Source: Candidatus Woesearchaeota archaeon (GTDB lineage: Archaea > Nanobdellota > Nanobdellia > Pacearchaeales > GW2011-AR1). From it: DNA of 64,000 bases. A model generated the notes under the pieces. It made no database searches. It was not told where the DNA came from and saw only the letters and a list, made by a program, of their open reading frames with translations. Shown here in pieces: positions 8,725 to 17,568 of the stretch. The position numbers and the translations under genes were made by a program. Within the stretch, counting starts at the first letter, position 1, and every line of letters begins with the position of its first letter. The stretch is taken from contig CAYUZV010000001.1 of NCBI GenBank assembly GCA_964448605.1, forward strand, positions 8,693 through 72,692, written 5' to 3'.

Positions 8725-9345
8725 ATGAGAGTTGTTTTAATTGGACCTGGTGATATTGATTATCATTATGAAAAGTTGTTGGGTTTTGAAAGGAGAGAAT
8801 TTGATAAAGAGTTGGATGGGATTGCTCAGGGATTAGTTGATTTAGGATGTGAATTAGTTGTGCTTCCAGATAGGGGTGTTTCTTTTGAGATTGCTCAGAA
8901 ATATCGTGAGTTAGGAGGTTCTAAGATTATTGCTTCTGTTCCTAAATCTGATAGGACTTTTGGGATTAAGCATTTGGAGAAGTATATGAATAAGATTAAA
9001 TTTGATGAAGTGATTGATACAGGTGATTGGTATAAGCATGATTTGATTAAGGGGCTTTTGGGTGATGCTGTCTTGTATTTGGGTTCTAGTCCTGGAACAA
9101 ATGGTGAGTTGAATTATGCTGTTTATCTTTATAAGTTGTTGAAAGGCAGAAAAGAAGGTGTTAGTGTTGCTGGTAAGTTTATTCATTCTGAGGTTAGGGC
9201 TGGTGATGATTATAAGATATTTGTTTATTCTTGTTTTTTGAAAGGCAAGAAGTTGGATTTTGAAATTGAAAATTATATTAAGAAGTTTGGAATTGATTTG
9301 GTTTATGTTTCTGATAGTGAGAAATTGAGGGAAGTTTTGAGATGA
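8725..9345 (+). CDS. Rossmann-fold LOG/SLOG-like (TIGR00725-type) nucleotide-binding protein.
   Basis: VVLIGPGD N-terminus. Glycine-rich LGSSPGTNGELNYA resembles the LOG-family PGGxGTxxE motif. The ORF track starts at a TTG at 8716; the first ATG is at 8725. Confidence 0.35.
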   Translation: MRVVLIGPGDIDYHYEKLLGFERREFDKELDGIAQGLVDLGCELVVLPDRGVSFEIAQKYRELGGSKIIASVPKSDRTFGIKHLEKYMNKIKFDEVIDTGDWYKHDLIKGLLGDAVLYLGSSPGTNGELNYAVYLYKLLKGRKEGVSVAGKFIHSEVRAGDDYKIFVYSCFLKGKKLDFEIENYIKKFGIDLVYVSDSEKLREVLR

Positions 9346-9349
9346 TTTA

Positions 9350-9598
9350 TTGAACTCGCACCTGACTTTGTCTAAGTGCTCTTTTGATTTTATTGTGATG
9401 AATTTAATACAATGGTTAGTTGAGTTTTTAAAGAAAGATTTTAAAATCTGCGAAGTTTATTTATTCATGGAATTAGAAAATCTTGATTGTCCTTGTTCTT
9501 ATGATTGTGAGAGGCATGGAAAATGTTCTGAATGCAAGGAACACCATCATTCAAAAAGTGAGAAGACTTTTTGTGAGAAGATGGATGATAAGAAATAG
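9350..9598 (+). CDS. Small Cys/His-rich putative metal-binding protein.
   Basis: C-terminus CPCSYDCERHGKCSECKEHHHSKSEKTFCEK. No recognisable family. Confidence 0.25.
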   Translation: MNSHLTLSKCSFDFIVMNLIQWLVEFLKKDFKICEVYLFMELENLDCPCSYDCERHGKCSECKEHHHSKSEKTFCEKMDDKK

Positions 9599-9719
9599 TT
9601 TTATTTACTAATTCATATTTGAATTTTTTAGAATGTTTGTTTTATTTAAAGATATTTTTTCTGTAGTGTCCTAATATTTTTTCCAAAAAATATAAAAAGG
9701 GTTTTTGATTGGTTCTTTC

Positions 9720-9986
9720 ATGGTTAAGGTAAAAAGAGGAATAAATTTTTGGGATGTTCTTGCCTGGATAGTTTTAATTGGGATATTTATTTGGTTGATT
9801 TTGAAGGTTTTTGGGATTATTAATACCCCTGTTCTAATAGAATATGCTCCTTATTTTGGTGCTGTTTATTTGGCTGGTTGGGCTATGCATAAGTTAGAGA
9901 TGGTAAATGAGGATGTTAAAGATTTGAAAAAATTTAGATATGATACTATTACTGAAATTAATAAATTAAAAAGAGGTTTAAAATGA
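9720..9986 (+). CDS. Small membrane protein with two TM helices. Its stop overlaps the RuBisCO start.
   Basis: Hydrophobic helices VLAWIVLIGIFIWLILKVFGII and FGAVYLAGWAM. ATGA overlap with the 9983 start. Confidence 0.35.
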   Translation: MVKVKRGINFWDVLAWIVLIGIFIWLILKVFGIINTPVLIEYAPYFGAVYLAGWAMHKLEMVNEDVKDLKKFRYDTITEINKLKRGLK

Positions 9987-11236
9987 AGGTGTCTGATTTT
10001 ATAGATTTGAAGTATAAACCGAAGTCGTCGGATTTGGTTTGTTTGTTTAGAGTTGAGAGTGCTGGTTTGCCTATGAAGGTGGTGGCTCCTACTATTGCAT
10101 TGGAGTCAAGTGTTGGAACTTGGACAGATGTTCATGAGAAAAAATATGTTAGGCGGTTGGGTGCTAAGGTTTTTTGGATTAGAGGGAATATGGTTAAGAT
10201 TGCTTATCCTAATGAATTATTTGAGAAAGGAAATGCTCCGAATATTCTTTCATCAATTGCTGGCAATATCTTTGGAATGAAGGCTGTTAAGAATCTTAGA
10301 CTCGAAGATGTGAAAATTCCTCCTGAAATATTAAAATCATTTAAAGGTCCTAAGTATGGTGTTGAGGGTGTTCGGAAAATTTTGAAAGTGGGAGACAGGC
10401 CTTTGGTTGGGACAATTGTTAAACCTAAACTTGGTTTAAAGACAAAGGATCATGCTCAGACTGCTTATGATGCTTGGATGGGTGGTTGTGATGTTGTTAA
10501 GGATGATGAGAATTTGGCTAGTCAGAAATTTAATAAATTTGAGAATAGATTGGCTCGGACCTTGGAGAAAGCAAATAAGGCAGAAGAACAGACAGGTGAG
10601 AAAAAAGCTTATTTAGTTAATGTTACTGCAGAGACTTCTGAAATGATTAGGAGGGCTCAATTGGCTGAAGATTTGGGTTGTAAGTATGTTATGATAGATA
10701 TTGTTACTGCTGGTTTTTCGGCTTTGCAGACATTGAGAGATGCTAATTTTAAAATGGCTATTCATGCTCATAGGGCAATGCATGCTGCTTTTACAAGAAA
10801 TGGAAAACATGGAATTAGCATGATGTTTCTTGCTGATATTGCTCGTTTGATTGGTGTTGATCAATTGCATATTGGAACTGTTGTTGGAAAGTTGGAAGGT
10901 AGCTTGGATGAGGTTAGTGAGATAAATGAGGAGATGGAGAAGAAAGTTGTTAAAGGGACTAAAAGACGACTTGCTCAGAATTGGGGGAAGATTAAACCTG
11001 TTTTGTCGGTTTCTTCAGGAGGTTTGCATCCAGGGCATGTTCCTTTTTTAATGAAGCATTTAGGTCGTGATGTTGTTTTGCAGTTTGGAGGTGGAATTCA
11101 TGGACATCCAAATGGGACTTTAAGAGGAGCTATTGCAGCTCGTCAGGCAGTTGATGCTGTAATGCGAGGTATTTCACTTAAGGAGTTTTCTAAAAATCAT
11201 GTTGAATTGAAAGATGCTTTGGAGTTATGGGGTTAG
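9983..11236 (+). CDS. rbcL: Ribulose-1,5-bisphosphate carboxylase/oxygenase, form III (archaeal type, nucleotide-salvage RuBisCO).
   Basis: Motifs TIVKPKLGL (site of carbamylated Lys), GGCDVVKDDENL, MAIHAHRAMHAAF and SGGLHPGH, all characteristic RuBisCO large-subunit motifs. 417 aa fits form II/III. Confidence 0.85.
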   Translation: MKVSDFIDLKYKPKSSDLVCLFRVESAGLPMKVVAPTIALESSVGTWTDVHEKKYVRRLGAKVFWIRGNMVKIAYPNELFEKGNAPNILSSIAGNIFGMKAVKNLRLEDVKIPPEILKSFKGPKYGVEGVRKILKVGDRPLVGTIVKPKLGLKTKDHAQTAYDAWMGGCDVVKDDENLASQKFNKFENRLARTLEKANKAEEQTGEKKAYLVNVTAETSEMIRRAQLAEDLGCKYVMIDIVTAGFSALQTLRDANFKMAIHAHRAMHAAFTRNGKHGISMMFLADIARLIGVDQLHIGTVVGKLEGSLDEVSEINEEMEKKVVKGTKRRLAQNWGKIKPVLSVSSGGLHPGHVPFLMKHLGRDVVLQFGGGIHGHPNGTLRGAIAARQAVDAVMRGISLKEFSKNHVELKDALELWG

Positions 11237-11404
11237 TGAATTGTGAGATTAATAATATAAATTTTTATAAACAATTTTTTATTTAATTGTTATGGTTATG
11301 CAAGAAGGAACTGCTGAATTGGCTGAAAATTTTGGAAAGGATAGTGTAAGAATAGTGGTGGACATGGACTTAGTTACTTTCAAGGATATACGAAACAAGG
11401 AGAT

Positions 11405-11656
11405 ATGCAGGTAAACTGGTATATTCGAGCCCCATCTCCAGAAATAGGTTTTATTGATGAAGATACTAATTTGTATATGGGAAAAGCTCTTATTAGGAAA
11501 GGCAGGGTTCATTTTTATGATAGGTATCCTTGTGGTGGTAGACCTTTCAGGGTTAGTGATTTTACGGATGATGAATTTAGAAAAAGAGCTGAACTGATAT
11601 CTCATAATATAGAATCTTTGCTTGAAACTTTTTCTGAAAAGTTTAAAGTTGAATAA
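11405..11656 (+). CDS. Hypothetical protein. A possible upstream 40-codon ORF (11292-11414) in another frame overlaps it.
   Basis: The plus-strand translation is protein-like, whereas the antisense 131-aa ORF is low-complexity F/K/S/I-rich. No family recognised. Confidence 0.25.
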   Translation: MQVNWYIRAPSPEIGFIDEDTNLYMGKALIRKGRVHFYDRYPCGGRPFRVSDFTDDEFRKRAELISHNIESLLETFSEKFKVE

Positions 11657-11717
11657 TCTTTTGAATTTATTCATTGGATGAGCATAATTTTATAAACACT
11701 TTTCATCTATTTTATTT

Positions 11718-13418
11718 ATGAAAATATTATGTTTGCATTGTGATTATATTAAGTTTAAGGCATTGAAGAAAGCTTTGAGGAATCCTGAGGAGCTTACATC
11801 TGAATGGAAGGAGGGTGTTTTGGTTGAGGATAGTTTGGTTGTGCTTACTGCGATTGAGAAACAAGATGAGGGAAATGTTAATGTTGTTGAGGAGTTTGTT
11901 AATGAGATTGTCAGTGTTAGTGGGCAAGTAGGTTGTAAAAATATTGTGCTTTATCCCTATGCTCATTTATCTGTTTCTTTGTCTTCTCCGAATTTTGCAT
12001 TGGATGTTTTGCAGAAAACAGAGAAAGAATTAAAAGGAAAGAAATTTAGTGTTTCTCGTGCACCTTTTGGATATTATAAAGAGTTTGAGTTGAAGGTTAA
12101 AGGGCATCCTCTTTCAGAGTTGAGTAGGGAGATAAAGTTTTCTGGTTCTTTGGATTCTGGAGAGATTTATGATTATAAGAAATTGTTGAATGAGATTTCT
12201 AAAGGTAAGTTGGATACTCGTAAGTTGAAAGAAAATGACCATAGGATTATTGGACAGAAGATGGATTTGTTTTCATTTTCAGAAACTGCTCCTGGAATGG
12301 TTTTTTGGCATAATAATGGTTTGATTATTTTTAATGAGTTGGTTAAATTTTGGAGAGAGGAGCATAGAAAGTCAGGTTATGAGGAGATTAAAACTCCTCA
12401 AGTTTTAGATAAGAAATTATGGCAGATTTCAGGACATTGGGAAAAGTATCGGGAGAATATTTTTTTGACTGATTATGAAGGGAGAGAGTTTGCTGTGAAG
12501 CCAATGAATTGTCCTGGAGGAATGTTGGTTTATAAAAATTCTACAAAATCTTACAGGGATTTTCCATTGAGAGTAGGAGAATTAGGAGTTGTTCATAGAC
12601 AGGAATTGTCAGGAGTTTTAGGTGGTTTATTTAGAGTTATACAATTTACACAAGATGATGCTCATATTTTTTGCACAGAGAAACAGGTTGAGGGGGAGTT
12701 GGTTGGAGTTATTGATTTGATTGATAGATTTTACAAATTGTTTGGATTTGATTATTTTGTTGAACTTTCTACTCGTCCTGAAAAGAGAATTGGAAGTGAT
12801 AAAATTTGGGATAAAGCAGAAAGTGTTTTAGAGAAAGTTTTGAAAAAAAAGAAAATGAAGTTTAAGGTTAATAAGGGTGATGGGGCTTTTTATGGACCGA
12901 AGATTGATTTTCATATTAAGGATTCGTTGGGAAGGACTTGGCAGATGGGAACTTTGCAGTTGGATTTTGCAATGCCTGAAAGGTTTGATTTGAGTTTTGT
13001 TGATAAAGATAATAAAATTAAAAGACCTGTGATGTTGCACAGAGTTGTTTATGGAAGTATTGAAAGATTTATTGGAATTTTGTTAGAACATTATAAAGGA
13101 CATCTTCCTGTTTGGTTGTCACCTGTTCAAGTTAGAGTGATTAATTATACAGATAGAAATAATAAATCTTGTGAGGATTTTTGTAATGAGTTGAAAGAGA
13201 AAGGTTTGAGATTTGATGTTGATTTATCTCAGGAGCCATTAGGTGGAAAGATAAGACAGGCAGAGGTTGAGAAGATTCCTTATATAATTGTTATTGGTGA
13301 TAAGGAAGAGAAGGCAGGAGAGGTTGCTGTTAGAGTTAAGGGCAAGGTTAAGAATTATAAAAAGGGTGAGTTTGTTGATAGAGTGGTGGAGGAGGTTGAG
13401 GGGCAGAAGGGTTTTTAG
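11718..13418 (+). CDS. thrS: Threonyl-tRNA synthetase, archaeal type with N-terminal editing domain.
   Basis: Class II core motifs (HRKSGYEEIKTPQVLDKKLWQISGHWEKY, FRVIQFTQDDAHIF, HRVVYGSIERFIGILLEH). C-terminal anticodon-binding domain. Distinct N-terminal domain of about 140 aa. Confidence 0.85.
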   Translation: MKILCLHCDYIKFKALKKALRNPEELTSEWKEGVLVEDSLVVLTAIEKQDEGNVNVVEEFVNEIVSVSGQVGCKNIVLYPYAHLSVSLSSPNFALDVLQKTEKELKGKKFSVSRAPFGYYKEFELKVKGHPLSELSREIKFSGSLDSGEIYDYKKLLNEISKGKLDTRKLKENDHRIIGQKMDLFSFSETAPGMVFWHNNGLIIFNELVKFWREEHRKSGYEEIKTPQVLDKKLWQISGHWEKYRENIFLTDYEGREFAVKPMNCPGGMLVYKNSTKSYRDFPLRVGELGVVHRQELSGVLGGLFRVIQFTQDDAHIFCTEKQVEGELVGVIDLIDRFYKLFGFDYFVELSTRPEKRIGSDKIWDKAESVLEKVLKKKKMKFKVNKGDGAFYGPKIDFHIKDSLGRTWQMGTLQLDFAMPERFDLSFVDKDNKIKRPVMLHRVVYGSIERFIGILLEHYKGHLPVWLSPVQVRVINYTDRNNKSCEDFCNELKEKGLRFDVDLSQEPLGGKIRQAEVEKIPYIIVIGDKEEKAGEVAVRVKGKVKNYKKGEFVDRVVEEVEGQKGF

Positions 13419-13579
13419 GGAAGGTGAGAGACGGAAACAATAGTTCTTATAAAATTCATCGACTTTGGAAAGCTGAATTTTTTATCATTCTGAAAAGGTT
13501 CAATTTACTGCGAGAGATTAATAGGTTTTATTTGATTATTCGCAAAATATAAAAACAAGGAATTCTTCTTTTTAGTAAG

Positions 13580-14263
13580 ATGAAAAAATTAGTGATAAGT
13601 TTGGGCGGAAGTTTGATAATTCCTGATAAAATTAATCTGAATTTTTTAGAGGATTTTAAAAAAGTTTTGTTAGGATGTAGGGATTATAGGTTTGTGGGAG
13701 TGTGCGGGGGTGGGATGACTGCAAGGAATTATATTTATGGTTTGGATAATCTTCGGTTAAAAAAGAAAGATTTGTTACAATCTTATTTAGGAATCTCGTG
13801 CACCCGTTTAAATGCTCGTTTTATGACTTATTTTTTTGGGAGTGATGCAAATAAAGGAATGCCTAAAGATATGAAAGATGTTGAGGATTATCTTCGTAGG
13901 AAGAGAATTGTTTTTTGCGGTGCTTTGAGATATTCTTCTAATCAGACCTCTGATTCAACTGCTGTAAAACTTGCGAATTATTTTAATTGTGATTTTGTGA
14001 ATTTGTCTAATGTTAAGGGTTTGTATGATAAAGATCCTAAGAAGTATAAAAGTGCGAAATTTATTCCTAAAATTTCGCATAAGGATTTGTGGAAAATGGT
14101 TAAAGGCAGGAATTTTAAACATGGGCAGAATTTTATTTTAGATTCTAATGCTGTTAAATTGATGAAGAAGTATAAGGTAAGGACTTATATTTTGGGTGGT
14201 GATGTTGATAATTTTAAAAGGTTTTTGAAAGGCGAGCATTTTGTTGGAAGTGTTGTAGGATAG
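13580..14263 (+). CDS. Amino-acid-kinase-family protein, probably UMP kinase.
   Basis: N-terminus KLVISLGGSLI and CGGGMTARNY (glycine-rich loop of the AAK fold). 227 aa matches archaeal PyrH length. Confidence 0.45.
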   Translation: MKKLVISLGGSLIIPDKINLNFLEDFKKVLLGCRDYRFVGVCGGGMTARNYIYGLDNLRLKKKDLLQSYLGISCTRLNARFMTYFFGSDANKGMPKDMKDVEDYLRRKRIVFCGALRYSSNQTSDSTAVKLANYFNCDFVNLSNVKGLYDKDPKKYKSAKFIPKISHKDLWKMVKGRNFKHGQNFILDSNAVKLMKKYKVRTYILGGDVDNFKRFLKGEHFVGSVVG

Positions 14264-14289
14264 TTTTATAAAAATTGATTTATGAATAT

Positions 14290-15075
14290 TTAGTTTATTT
14301 TATCGTGTGATATCACATAAAAAATCTCATTATCTGTCTCAAACTTTTTAAAGGATAGGTTGTTTTTTTTAAGATGATTTTCAAAACCTGTTCTTTGTTT
14401 TAATTGAAATGGTTTTCTTGAGAGTGATTTTGTTGCAAAACTCACTACGATAAAAGGTGATTTTGTTATGAGTTTTTGGAGGATGTTTTTTTTAGTGTTT
14501 TTTTCTAAAAGGTCGTAGAGTTTGAACATTAAAATAATATCTGATTTTTTTATTTTTTTTAGATTGTTTAAATCTGTGATTTCTGCTGTTCCTTTTAGAT
14601 TCATTATATTGAGATATTTTTTAATTATTTTTTGGTCTTGTTTATTTATGTCGTGTGCATAATAGGTTAGAGTTTTTAGATTCATAAAAGGAAAACTAAA
14701 GATATTTAATCCTGCTCCTAAATCTGTTATTGTTTTTGGTTTTCCTGTGATTGAGAAAATTTTTTTGTAGATTTCTTTGTAGTTTTTTAATCTTTCTTTT
14801 GTTGAAAGTGTTGTTTCTAAGAGTTTTGTTGTGCTGTTTTTTGGTTCTTTTAGGTATTTTTCAATTTTATTTTTTTTGTTTGTTTGATAGCTTGAATAAG
14901 TCCTGTGAAGTTTAGCTCTTATGTTTTTTATTATTTGTTTTTGTTTTTGATTAGGATGAAATTTTAGGTAAGAATTGATTTCTTTTTTAATTATGTCGTC
15001 GGAGATTGAAGAGTATTTTTTATGGGATTTAATTTTTTCTAAAAGTTCTTTTTTCTCTGATTTTGGATTTATCAT
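14290..15075 (-). CDS. SAM-dependent methyltransferase, possibly an rRNA/tRNA methyltransferase.
   Basis: Motif I-like ITDLGAGLNIFSF. Rossmann-type alternation. 261 aa. Confidence 0.4.
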   Translation of the reverse strand: MINPKSEKKELLEKIKSHKKYSSISDDIIKKEINSYLKFHPNQKQKQIIKNIRAKLHRTYSSYQTNKKNKIEKYLKEPKNSTTKLLETTLSTKERLKNYKEIYKKIFSITGKPKTITDLGAGLNIFSFPFMNLKTLTYYAHDINKQDQKIIKKYLNIMNLKGTAEITDLNNLKKIKKSDIILMFKLYDLLEKNTKKNILQKLITKSPFIVVSFATKSLSRKPFQLKQRTGFENHLKKNNLSFKKFETDNEIFYVISHDKIN

Positions 15076-15086
15076 AAATAATTAAG

Positions 15087-15100
15087 AATAGAAAAGTTTA
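15087..15100 (+). promoter_or_regulatory. TATA-box-like element (TTTATAAATG) upstream of the EF-1alpha gene.
   Basis: AT-rich TATA consensus in the intergenic region, about 50 nt upstream of the ATG at 15148. Confidence 0.3.
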
Positions 15101-15147
15101 TAAATGCATTTTTTTATGATATACTATTAAAAATTTATATAGATAAA

Positions 15148-16437
15148 ATGGCTGGAGAAAAACCAACAATGAATATAGTATTTGTAGGTCATGTTGACCA
15201 TGGTAAAAGTACTTGTGTAGGTCAGCTTATGTTTGTTAGTGGAATCATACCTGAACAGGAAATGAAGAAACTGAAGGAAGAAGCTGAAAAACAAGGAAAA
15301 CCTGGTTTTGAATTTGCTTATATTATGGACCATATTAAAGAAGAAAGAGAAAGAGGAGTTACTATTGATTTAGCTTATAAGAAAATTATTACACCTAAAA
15401 GACAGATTACAATAATTGATGCACCTGGACACAAGGATTTTGTTAAAAATATGATTACTGGTGCTTCACAAGCTGATGCTGCTTTTTTGACAATTGCTGC
15501 TAAAGAAGGTGTTCAACCACAGACAAAAGAGCACTTATGGTTGTTAAGAACCATGGGTGTTACTGATATTGCAGTAGTTGTGAATAAAATGGATACTGTT
15601 GAATATAAAGAAGAAGCTTTTAATAAGGTTAAGGAAGATGTTTCTAATCTTTTGAAAACTGTAGGAATTAATCCTGAAAAAGTTACTTTTTTAGCTGTTT
15701 CAGGGCTTAAAGGAGATAATATTAAGGAGAAATCTCAGAATATGTCTTGGTATAAAGGACCTACTTTGTTTGAGCAATTGGATTTATTTCCAGAACCTCA
15801 AAAACCTGTTGATTTGCCAATGAGAATGCCTGTTCAGGATGTTTATGAAATTACAGGTATTGGAACTGTTCCTGTTGGTAAAATTGAAACTGGTATTATG
15901 AAAATAGGACAAAAAGTTATTGTTCTTCCAGCTCGTTCTGGTAGAGGGGTTGAAGGAGAAGTTAAGAGTATTGAAATGCATCATGAACAATATCAAGAAG
16001 CAGAACCAGGATATAATGTTGGTATAAATATTAGAGGTATTGGTAAGAAAGATATTGCAAGAGGAGATGTTATTGCAGATGCTGGTAAACCTCCAACAAT
16101 TGCTGAAGAATTTACTGCTCAAGTTGCGATTATAAATCATCCAACTGTTGTTGCTAAAGGTTATACACCTGTTTTCCATGTTCATACTGCTCAAGTTCCT
16201 TGTCAGTTAATAGAGATTGTTCACAAGATTGATCCAACAAGTGGACAACCAATGGAAGGTCAAGTTGATTTCTTAAAGAATGGAGATGTTGCTATTTGCA
16301 AGTTCAAGCCAATGGGTAATTTGGTAATTGAAAAAGCAGGAGAAAATCCACATATGGCAAGATTTGCTATTCGAGATGCTGGTGCAACTGTTGCTGCTGG
16401 TGTATGTCAGGATTTGGTTGAGAAGAAGCTGGGTTAA
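15148..16437 (+). CDS. tuf: Translation elongation factor 1-alpha (aEF-1alpha / EF-Tu family).
   Basis: G1 GHVDHGKST, G3 DAPGH, G4 NKMD. 429 aa. Archaeal-type sequence throughout. Confidence 0.95.
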   Translation: MAGEKPTMNIVFVGHVDHGKSTCVGQLMFVSGIIPEQEMKKLKEEAEKQGKPGFEFAYIMDHIKEERERGVTIDLAYKKIITPKRQITIIDAPGHKDFVKNMITGASQADAAFLTIAAKEGVQPQTKEHLWLLRTMGVTDIAVVVNKMDTVEYKEEAFNKVKEDVSNLLKTVGINPEKVTFLAVSGLKGDNIKEKSQNMSWYKGPTLFEQLDLFPEPQKPVDLPMRMPVQDVYEITGIGTVPVGKIETGIMKIGQKVIVLPARSGRGVEGEVKSIEMHHEQYQEAEPGYNVGINIRGIGKKDIARGDVIADAGKPPTIAEEFTAQVAIINHPTVVAKGYTPVFHVHTAQVPCQLIEIVHKIDPTSGQPMEGQVDFLKNGDVAICKFKPMGNLVIEKAGENPHMARFAIRDAGATVAAGVCQDLVEKKLG

Positions 16438-17056
16438 GAGTTGTTGTAGAGGGTGAGGAGAGATAATATGATTGATGACATAAATAGAATTTTTTGAAGA
16501 TTGGTTCTCAGGAGATGAAATAGATTTTAGTGAGGAGGTAGAATATTATCTTGAGAAATTTTTGTATTATTCTGTAAATCAAGATGAAAGAAGTAAAAGG
16601 AATCTGATAATAGTTTTAAGGAACATCAAAGGTTAATATATTTTGATGAATTAATGAAATTTATGATTAGATGCCAGGAAGATATTGATGGGATGTGTTT
16701 AGGACATTAATCGACATATTCTCATTATATATAAACCTTCCTAAATCTTTTTAAAAGAAAATTTTTTGTGTGGATTTTTATGAGTTTATAAATCTTTAGA
16801 AATGTTTTAAAAAGAAAGTTTATTATGTTTTTATTTAAAATGGAGGTGAATAAATTGGAGTGACCGATTCATGGGGAGCCGTTGTTTCCCAATGATTATG
16901 ACAAGACGATTGGATATTGCAAAAGATGCAAGGTCTGGTATGAGTTTGAAGATTTGCAGAAAGAGAAAGAAGAGTGATGTTTATTTTATTTCACATAAGT
17001 TTATTAATATTGTTTTCTTTTAATTTTATTGAAATTATTTATTATGGGATTTTAAG

Positions 17057-17506
17057 ATGCCACACCAATGTACAAAATGCGGAGAAATGTATCCTGATGC
17101 ATCTGAAGAGTTGTTAAAGGGTTGTAAATGTGGGAGCAGGTTTTTTTATTATATTAGGCAGGATAAATATGATTCATTACGGGAAGAGTATAAGAAAAAG
17201 ATTGTTGAATTGGAAAAGGCAGATAAAGAGCAGATTGAAAAAGATATTCGTGAGTTGACTGGTTTAGATAAAAAACCTGATAAGCCAGTTGTTTTAGATT
17301 TGGAGAGTGTGAGAGTTTTGGAGCCGGGTAAATTTGAAATTGATTTGATTAATTTGTTTGCGAAATCAAGACCTTTGATTTACAAATTAGAGGAAGGAAA
17401 GTATGTTATTGATTTGGAGAATTCTTTTAAGAAAGGAGAGATTTATGAGAGGGATTATTTTGAAGAAGAGGAGAATTCAGAAGAGGGTGATTTTGAAAAA
17501 ACTTAA
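17057..17506 (+). CDS. Zn-ribbon-containing protein (DUF2072-like) with an acidic C-terminus.
   Basis: N-terminus CTKCGEMYPD...CKCGSRFFYY (CxxC...CxC ribbon). Immediately upstream of the SMC-like gene. Confidence 0.4.
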   Translation: MPHQCTKCGEMYPDASEELLKGCKCGSRFFYYIRQDKYDSLREEYKKKIVELEKADKEQIEKDIRELTGLDKKPDKPVVLDLESVRVLEPGKFEIDLINLFAKSRPLIYKLEEGKYVIDLENSFKKGEIYERDYFEEEENSEEGDFEKT

Positions 17507-17568
17507 ATTTGAACAAACTTAAAAACCCTAATTGCTTTTGTTAGTATTATAAATTTATTGAGGTTAAT

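Noticed and set aside
9983-11236. RuBisCO-like protein (non-carboxylating form IV) rather than true RuBisCO.
   Set aside because: The KPKLGL carbamylation-site lysine block and the GGxDxxKDDE and HxH..H blocks are present, favouring a bona fide form II/III-type enzyme. This still needs alignment confirmation.
16873-17025. 50-codon ORF (MGSRCFPMIMTRRLDIAKDARSGMSLKICRKRKKSDVYFISHK...) as a real small protein gene.
   Set aside because: No recognisable family and no clear promoter or RBS. Kept only as part of the noncoding-region finding.
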